Of a stretch of DNA of 64,000 bases, positions 58,222 to 64,000 are shown one piece after another. Position numbers and translations under genes: made by a program. Below the pieces are notes generated by a model that was not told the origin of the DNA, ran no database searches, and saw nothing but the letters and a program-made list of their open reading frames with translations. The DNA lies in the NCBI GenBank assembly GCA_905372235.1, contig CAJPOF010000002.1, forward strand, positions 3,836 to 67,835. The letters run 5' to 3'. The stretch is from an uncultured Treponema sp. GTDB lineage: Bacteria > Spirochaetota > Spirochaetia > Treponematales > Treponemataceae. Numbering within the stretch: position 1 is the stretch's first letter; each line of letters starts with the position of its first letter.

Positions 58222-60137
58222 TTGTTTCCATGAAAAAAGTCTCCATTGTAGTCCTGAGCAGGGAACGAAAGGAAGCGTTGAGACATCTAAAGAAAGTCGG
58301 AGTTATGCACCTTGAAAGCCTTGAAGGTTCGGGGGAAACCCTTTCGGGATATAAAGAAGAAGCCTCGCGCGCTTTTTCGGCGGCGGCGATTCTTGAGGAG
58401 ATAAAAAATCCTAAAAAAGCTACGAAGGTGTCAAATCTTTCCGACTCGGAACTTTCAAAGAAATGCGCCATGGTAATTGAACTTTCCGAAAGAAAGAAAA
58501 AACTTCTTGAGGAAATCGCAAGCGATTCTGCAGAACTTGAGCGTCTTTCAGCTTGGGGCGAAGTTGATCCTGATGATTTTTCATATCTTGACGGAAAAAA
58601 CGTATCGCTTAGGATGTTCGAGATTCCAGAAGCAAAGTACGACGAACTTTCGGGCGAACTGAAAACCGTTCTTGTGAACCGATTCAGGAAAATCGCAAGG
58701 TTTTTGCTTATTGACGCACCTTCCGAGAGGCCTTCTTCCCTTCCTCCGGAGGCGTTCGCAGTTCCACTTCCTGGCGTTTCCACAAAAAAAATCAAGGAAA
58801 AGATAGAAAGTTCAAGGCGTGAGATTTCGTCCATCGAAAAAACGCTTTCAGGTGAAACCGTATATCGTCCTCAGATTGAAAGCCTCATAAAGAAACTTGA
58901 AAAGGACATTCAGTTCGAGAACGTGTATTCGGGAATGGGAAAAGAGAACGGCGACAAGGACACCGACCTTGCATGGCTTACGGGCTTTGTTCCGGTGGAT
59001 TCCATCGCCGCTTTCAAGGCTTCCTGCGCAGAAAATTCGTGGGCATATGCCGTTTCAGATCCGAGCGAGGATGACGAAGTTCCTACAAAACTCAAGAACA
59101 ATCCTTTGGTGAGTCTTATATATCCGCTCACGGATTTTTTGGGAACTGTTCCGGGCTATCGAGAATACGATATATCAGGCTGGTTTCTTTTGTTCTTTAC
59201 TGTGTTCTTTGGAATGATTTTCGGAGACGGAGGCTACGGGCTTTTGGTGTTCGTGCTGGGACTTTTCATGGCTTTGAAAGGCGCAAAAAAAGGCGGCTCT
59301 CCGCTTGCGGGCTTGGTAACCTTGCTTGGGCTTTCAACGGTCGTGTGGGGGACTGTAACCTGCACATGGTTCGGGCTGACGCCGGAGCAGCTTCCTTCAT
59401 GGTTGAAAGGGCTTTCCGTTCCGCCGATTTCAAACGCATATTCGGATGTGAACTGGCTTCCTTTCTGGACAAGCGATCCTTCAAAGGGAACTCTTACGAC
59501 GGCGCAGAATCTTCAGATTTTCTGCTTCACGCTTGCGTTCCTTCAGCTTTCGGTCGCCCATTTCAAGGGAATCGCAAGGAACATCGCAGGAAAATCCCTG
59601 AAGTGGATAGGAGAATTCGGTTCTCTTCTTCAGCTGTGGGGAATGTTCTACGTTGTTCTTAGCATGGTCGTAAGTTCCACGATTTTCGGATTTTCTGAAA
59701 TCATCTACGGCGTTCCGGTCGGAAAGGTTTCCGTCGCGCTTGTCGGCGTTGGATTTTCCATGAGTTTTGTCTTCAGCAATTACGAAGGAAACATCGGGGA
59801 ATCCATAATGGCGAGCGTAAAGGGAATAATTTCAGTGCTTCTTGGAGTGGTGAATGTTTTTTCCGACATAGTTTCTTATATCCGTCTTTGGGCGGTAGGT
59901 CTTGCGGGTGCTGCTATCTCGAACACAGTGAACTCTATGGCAGGTCCTCTTCTTGGACACGCTATAACCTTCCTTGCGTTCGTGGTCCTGATTCTGTTCG
60001 GTCATGGACTTAATATGATACTGAACCTTCTTTCTGTTATTGTTCATGGCGTTCGTCTGAATACGTTGGAATTTTCGACGCATCTGGGAATGTCATGGTC
60101 CGGCTTTAAATACAGTCCTTTCTGTGAGAAGGACTAA
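58218..60137 (+). CDS. V/A-type ATP synthase subunit I (a)
   Basis: PGYREYD, FFGMIFGDGGYG, SDIVSYIRLWA, HGVRLN.LEF. Confidence 0.95.
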   Translation: MIVSMKKVSIVVLSRERKEALRHLKKVGVMHLESLEGSGETLSGYKEEASRAFSAAAILEEIKNPKKATKVSNLSDSELSKKCAMVIELSERKKKLLEEIASDSAELERLSAWGEVDPDDFSYLDGKNVSLRMFEIPEAKYDELSGELKTVLVNRFRKIARFLLIDAPSERPSSLPPEAFAVPLPGVSTKKIKEKIESSRREISSIEKTLSGETVYRPQIESLIKKLEKDIQFENVYSGMGKENGDKDTDLAWLTGFVPVDSIAAFKASCAENSWAYAVSDPSEDDEVPTKLKNNPLVSLIYPLTDFLGTVPGYREYDISGWFLLFFTVFFGMIFGDGGYGLLVFVLGLFMALKGAKKGGSPLAGLVTLLGLSTVVWGTVTCTWFGLTPEQLPSWLKGLSVPPISNAYSDVNWLPFWTSDPSKGTLTTAQNLQIFCFTLAFLQLSVAHFKGIARNIAGKSLKWIGEFGSLLQLWGMFYVVLSMVVSSTIFGFSEIIYGVPVGKVSVALVGVGFSMSFVFSNYEGNIGESIMASVKGIISVLLGVVNVFSDIVSYIRLWAVGLAGAAISNTVNSMAGPLLGHAITFLAFVVLILFGHGLNMILNLLSVIVHGVRLNTLEFSTHLGMSWSGFKYSPFCEKD

Positions 60138-60197
60138 AAACATTCTTCTGTTTGAAGAATTATAATGAAATTTAGTCAATATTAGGAGATTTTGATT

Positions 60198-60623
60198 ATG
60201 TTTGATTTCGGTATGTTGGGTGCTGCTGTTTGTATGGGTATTGCCGCCATCGGTTCGGCGATTGGGATAGGAATCGCAGGACAGGGCGCGATAGGTGCGT
60301 GGAAGCGTTGCTACGTGAACAATAAGCCTGCTCCGTTTATCCTTACTGTGTTCGCCGGAGCTCCGTTGACCCAGACAATCTACGGTTTTCTTCTTATGCA
60401 GAGCATGTCTGCTTCCCAGAAGACACCGGGATTCCTTTTGGGACTTGGAATCGCTTCCGGTCTTGCGATGTGTTTTTCTGCGATTGCGCAGGGAAAGGCA
60501 GGGGCTGCAGGAAGCGATGCCCTTGGTGAGACGGGAAAAGGTTTCGCCCAGTACATAATGGTTGTAGGTCTTTGCGAGACGGTTGCTCTTTTTGCGATGG
60601 TCTTCTCGATGATTGTCTGCTAG
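60198..60623 (+). CDS. V/A-type ATP synthase subunit K (c), four-helix type
   Basis: GSAIG, PLTQTIYG, SAIAQGK, LCET; RBS AGGAG. Confidence 0.93.
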   Translation: MFDFGMLGAAVCMGIAAIGSAIGIGIAGQGAIGAWKRCYVNNKPAPFILTVFAGAPLTQTIYGFLLMQSMSASQKTPGFLLGLGIASGLAMCFSAIAQGKAGAAGSDALGETGKGFAQYIMVVGLCETVALFAMVFSMIVC

Positions 60624-60658
60624 GCTTTTTGAAACACTGAAAAATACTTATTCGGTAA

Positions 60659-60689
60659 AGGCGTGCGTATATCGCACGTCTTTTTTTTT
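60659..60689 (+). terminator. intrinsic terminator of ATPase operon
   Basis: GGCGTGCG-TATAT-CGCACGTC followed by T9. Confidence 0.8.
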
Positions 60690-60716
60690 GTGAGGAATAT
60701 TTGTATAATCTTTTTT

Positions 60717-61829
60717 ATGAAAGAATTCAAAAAGCCCCGGCTTGTTTTTATCGGAGGGACGGGGAACGTTCGGAAAGTCGGATTTGGCGGAGACGAGCCT
60801 ATAACCATACAGACAATGTGGAAGGAAGGCATAGAAAACATCGATTCCGACGACGGCGCACTCCATGAAGCGTTGAAGAAAATCAACGAACTTAAATCGC
60901 TTGGCTGCGACATTATCCGTTTTGCGGTTCCGAACATGAAAAGTGCGAAAAGCCTTATTAAGATTCAGAAAAACACCGACGTTCCGCTTGTCGCGGACAT
61001 ACATTTTGACCACAGGCTTGCGCTTGAATGTCTGAACGGCGGCATTTCTAAAATCCGCATAAATCCGGGAAATATCGGAAACAGCGAAAAAGTAAAGGAG
61101 GTGGTCTTTCTTGCCTTCAAGAAAAATGCCGCCATAAGGATTGGGGTGAACTCGGGAAGTCTTCCGAGAGATTTGGATTTGAAAGTGGCGGACGGAAAAA
61201 TGACCAGGGCGGAGGCGCTTTCAGAAACTGCGGCAAGGGAATGCGCCACATTCGATTCATTGGGGTTTGACCGATATGTTGTAAGCATGAAGGCATCTTC
61301 CGTTCAGGAGACTGTGGAAGCAAACGAATGTTTTGCAAAAAACTACGATGCTCCGCTCCATATCGGAGTTACGGAGGCAGGTCCTCTTATCACGGGAATA
61401 GTGAAGTCCACGATGGCGTTCTCGCATCTTCTTTGCGAGGGTATAGGCTCTACCATAAGAGTAAGCCTTTCCTCATCGCCTGAAAACGAGATAATAACGG
61501 GCCGTGAAATCCTTCATGAATGCGGACTTAGAAAAGGCGGAATCACGCTCATAAGCTGCCCGAGGTGCGGAAGGGAAGGTTTTGATGTTCATTCGTTTGT
61601 CGAGCGCTGGCAAAATGAGCTTCTTTCTATGAAAAAAGATATCAGCGTGGCTGTGATGGGCTGCGCCGTGAACGGTCCGGGAGAAGGAAGGCACGCTGAC
61701 ATAGGAATCGCAGGGAGCGGAAACAAGGCGATAATTTTCAGGAAAGGCGAAATAATCCGAACGATAGACGCAAAGGATGCCGATAAAATATTCAGAGAAG
61801 AGTTGGAATCTCTTGTCAATAAAGGCTAA
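60717..61829 (+). CDS. ispG: 4-hydroxy-3-methylbut-2-en-1-yl diphosphate synthase
   Basis: PLVADIHF, RINPGN, RIGVNSGS, CPRCGR, MGCAVNGPGE. Confidence 0.96.
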   Translation: MKEFKKPRLVFIGGTGNVRKVGFGGDEPITIQTMWKEGIENIDSDDGALHEALKKINELKSLGCDIIRFAVPNMKSAKSLIKIQKNTDVPLVADIHFDHRLALECLNGGISKIRINPGNIGNSEKVKEVVFLAFKKNAAIRIGVNSGSLPRDLDLKVADGKMTRAEALSETAARECATFDSLGFDRYVVSMKASSVQETVEANECFAKNYDAPLHIGVTEAGPLITGIVKSTMAFSHLLCEGIGSTIRVSLSSSPENEIITGREILHECGLRKGGITLISCPRCGREGFDVHSFVERWQNELLSMKKDISVAVMGCAVNGPGEGRHADIGIAGSGNKAIIFRKGEIIRTIDAKDADKIFREELESLVNKG

Positions 61830-61834
61830 AAGGT

Positions 61835-62956
61835 ATGGAAATGAGAAGACTTCTGTTCGGCATCTTAGTTTTTTTTGTAAGTTTTGGATTTTGTTTTTCA
61901 GTTCAGCCGGAAAAACCGGACTACATCATGAACGACAGGCGCATATTCGAGGAGGCCAGGATTTCCTTTGAAGTGCAGGAATACGGAAATTGCCTGAACC
62001 TGTGCGAGAGAGCCGAATCCGCGCGAAGAGCCAAGACGGAATGGGAGGTCTACACCTTAAAGAATTCGTTCAAGCCTGCGGAGGTAAAGATTCGGGGCGA
62101 TGTGATAGATGACGTTGTTCCCGTCCTTGAGGAGCGGCAGGATTTTGACGCTCTTGAGATAATCGACCGCTACAGAAAATATTACGGGCTTGAGCGTTTC
62201 GATTTTTCGTGCAAGAACCTGATAGATTTCATAAAATCAAGGAAAAGTTTTCCGGAGGCTTCGTTTCTGAAGGGGCGTGTATATCAGCTTGAAGGCGAAT
62301 ACGATGTGGCGGAAAAACTTTTTCTTCAAGCTTTGGAAAATTCCGGCATACTGGATGTTCCAGACGAACGGCATGACATCCTTTATGCGCTTTCGGAAAT
62401 AAATTTCACGCAGAATGATTTCAGAAAATACGAGGAATATCTTCTTTTGATATTAAGCGAGGATTCCGCCTACAGGGATTCTTCGCTAATTTCGGCGATG
62501 CGAAACACAATCGAAAGCAAAAAGTCCGACTGCATGGAAAAATTTTTCAAAATGTACAGGGCTGGAAACTACAGGCTTTTGCGGGCGTATTTCAGTCTTG
62601 CAGGCTATTATCTTTCAAAAAACGAGAGGAAGAAGGCATTGACCTGTGTCTCACTTGGAAGTCTTACGGCGTTCACAAAAATTTACGACATAGTTTCAAA
62701 GCGAAATCCTGAGTTTGAATATTCAGGCTTTTCCGAGCTTTTGAAGGAAGCTTCCACGTATTCAGACATTGTGGAGTGGGGGAAGAACAACGACGTGTGG
62801 AAGGGCTTCAATGATTTTGCCGACGAGGCGTACAGGTCTTCGTGTCCGATATTTTCCGTGAACCTGTACAGCGCGCTAAAAAACTCAAGCCCTGAAGAAT
62901 ACTGGCGGCTTGATGCGGAAAAAAAACTTGAGAAAATTAATGGAGATTCTCAATAG
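61835..62956 (+). CDS. exported TPR-like helical protein
   Basis: Signal peptide, TPR-like helices (EASFLKGRVY..EGEY..A). Confidence 0.65.
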   Translation: MEMRRLLFGILVFFVSFGFCFSVQPEKPDYIMNDRRIFEEARISFEVQEYGNCLNLCERAESARRAKTEWEVYTLKNSFKPAEVKIRGDVIDDVVPVLEERQDFDALEIIDRYRKYYGLERFDFSCKNLIDFIKSRKSFPEASFLKGRVYQLEGEYDVAEKLFLQALENSGILDVPDERHDILYALSEINFTQNDFRKYEEYLLLILSEDSAYRDSSLISAMRNTIESKKSDCMEKFFKMYRAGNYRLLRAYFSLAGYYLSKNERKKALTCVSLGSLTAFTKIYDIVSKRNPEFEYSGFSELLKEASTYSDIVEWGKNNDVWKGFNDFADEAYRSSCPIFSVNLYSALKNSSPEEYWRLDAEKKLEKINGDSQ

Positions 62957-64000
62957 TGAAGCCCGATTCCTATCGATATTTCGTATGGCTTTGAGTTTCT
63001 CCAGTCCTGGTTTAGTTTTCCTTTCAGTCCGGGCATTGTCTGGCTGAGGTCCAGCCCGAAACTTCCACGCACCACCATTCCTTTCCACTTTAGCGGATAG
63101 ACAATCGCTTCGATTCCCGCGGCGTAAAAACCGTCCCTGTAGTCAAAATTAAGTCCGGTGGCTTTGTTTCTGTAAAGTGCGATGTCCAAAAACGGCGACA
63201 GGTGGAATTCCATGTTGAAGTATTTGGCAATCTTTTTTATGCGTGGAACTTTCTGCATGAATGACATCTCGTCCCATTTTGCAAGGAAAATCCGTACAGG
63301 AAAATCTAAGTTCAGCACCACGGTGGCAGGACTTTCGCAGGCTTTTTTGTCGGCGGCTGTGCTTGCGGTCGAATAGTACTGCTCGTCCCTGATTCCCCTC
63401 AGCCTTTCTCCGAAAGACGAGTTCCCGTTCAGATATGCAAAAACGTATGCATCGGCGGAAATACCCAGATATTTGAACGCCTTGAAAAATTTAAGTTCCC
63501 CTGAAATTCCCGGAATGAAATCCAGTTTTTGGACATTGTACGAAAAACTTTGCGTGAGTGAAACCGAAACTCCGTTTCTGAAATTGCCCATCCAGTCTAT
63601 CCGTGAAGTTGAGAATGTCTGTCCGAGCGAAAGCACCGGACTCATCAGATCTTCGTTCAGGTTTGAAATTCCGTCTGTGTCCCAGTTGAATTTTCCGTTG
63701 AAATACGGGGTGTAGTATATGTTTCCCCAGTTTTTTATTTTTTGTATCACGATAGGAACAGAAATTTTCGCCTCTTCGACAAAATATGTTCCGTCTCCGT
63801 AATGGACCTTCGTACCGTTAACGTCGGCATCTTCGTAATCCAGATTCCGGATGAATGACTGGTAGAAATCCAGCTTTACGGAAAACCTTTCGAACGGAAG
63901 AGAAAGTTCAAGCCCTGTCTTGAAGTTCCATTCCGGGGTGTTTTTTCCGATTGTGTATGAGATGTTGTAGTCGTTCATCCATACGGAGTCGAATATGCCC
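62950..64000 (-). CDS. outer-membrane beta-barrel protein, C-terminal part (5' end outside window)
   Basis: Frame open to window edge, amphipathic strands, C-terminal beta signal EISIGIGLHY. Confidence 0.7.
   Translation of the reverse strand, partial: GIFDSVWMNDYNISYTIGKNTPEWNFKTGLELSLPFERFSVKLDFYQSFIRNLDYEDADVNGTKVHYGDGTYFVEEAKISVPIVIQKIKNWGNIYYTPYFNGKFNWDTDGISNLNEDLMSPVLSLGQTFSTSRIDWMGNFRNGVSVSLTQSFSYNVQKLDFIPGISGELKFFKAFKYLGISADAYVFAYLNGNSSFGERLRGIRDEQYYSTASTAADKKACESPATVVLNLDFPVRIFLAKWDEMSFMQKVPRIKKIAKYFNMEFHLSPFLDIALYRNKATGLNFDYRDGFYAAGIEAIVYPLKWKGMVVRGSFGLDLSQTMPGLKGKLNQDWRNSKPYEISIGIGLHY

Noticed and set aside
21037..62956. Convergent gene pairs with overlapping 3' ends (21037-21040, 28865-28868, 62950-62956)
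   Set aside because: Common in compact genomes; no further evidence of antisense regulation
1..64000. CRISPR arrays, IS/transposases, integrases, prophage, defence systems, rRNA/tRNA/tmRNA
   Set aside because: No regularly spaced repeats or such protein motifs seen; intergenic gaps are short; no ssrA-like sequence recognised near smpB

Overview
A gene-dense, core-genome 64 kb segment from a spirochete, very likely a commensal Treponema (inferred from gene order and protein families). It holds housekeeping clusters (miaA end, a tiny bS22-like ribosomal protein gene missed by the ORF track, dxs-folP-cdaA-cdaR-acpS-DUF2225-truA, priA, udg, thiI, flavodoxin, ileS, upp, ftsB/divIC, tsaC/sua5, smpB, lepB-like, hemW, ispG) and an OmpR-family two-component pair. 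It also holds a large flagellar operon (flbD-motAB-fliLMY-fliOPQR-flhBAFG-hyp-fliA-fapA-hyp-hyp-galM) and a V/A-type ATPase operon (E-C-like-A-B-D-I-K). I found no mobile element, CRISPR array, rRNA or tRNA. The best candidate for an uncharacterised system is a minus-strand block (21.0-27.7 kb): a large acidic disordered scaffold-like protein, two Maf-family glycosyltransferases and a membrane protein with a degenerate GGDEF domain, divergent from ftsB/divIC across an intergenic region carrying sigma28-type -10 boxes. Other notable signals are dxs lacking a canonical start codon, tandem DtxR-type boxes over the flavodoxin promoter, a signal-peptidase paralog with catalytic Lys->Arg, Na+-type signatures in both stator and V-ATPase rotor, and several apparently leaderless genes. 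All family calls come from recalled motifs; no database search was run.
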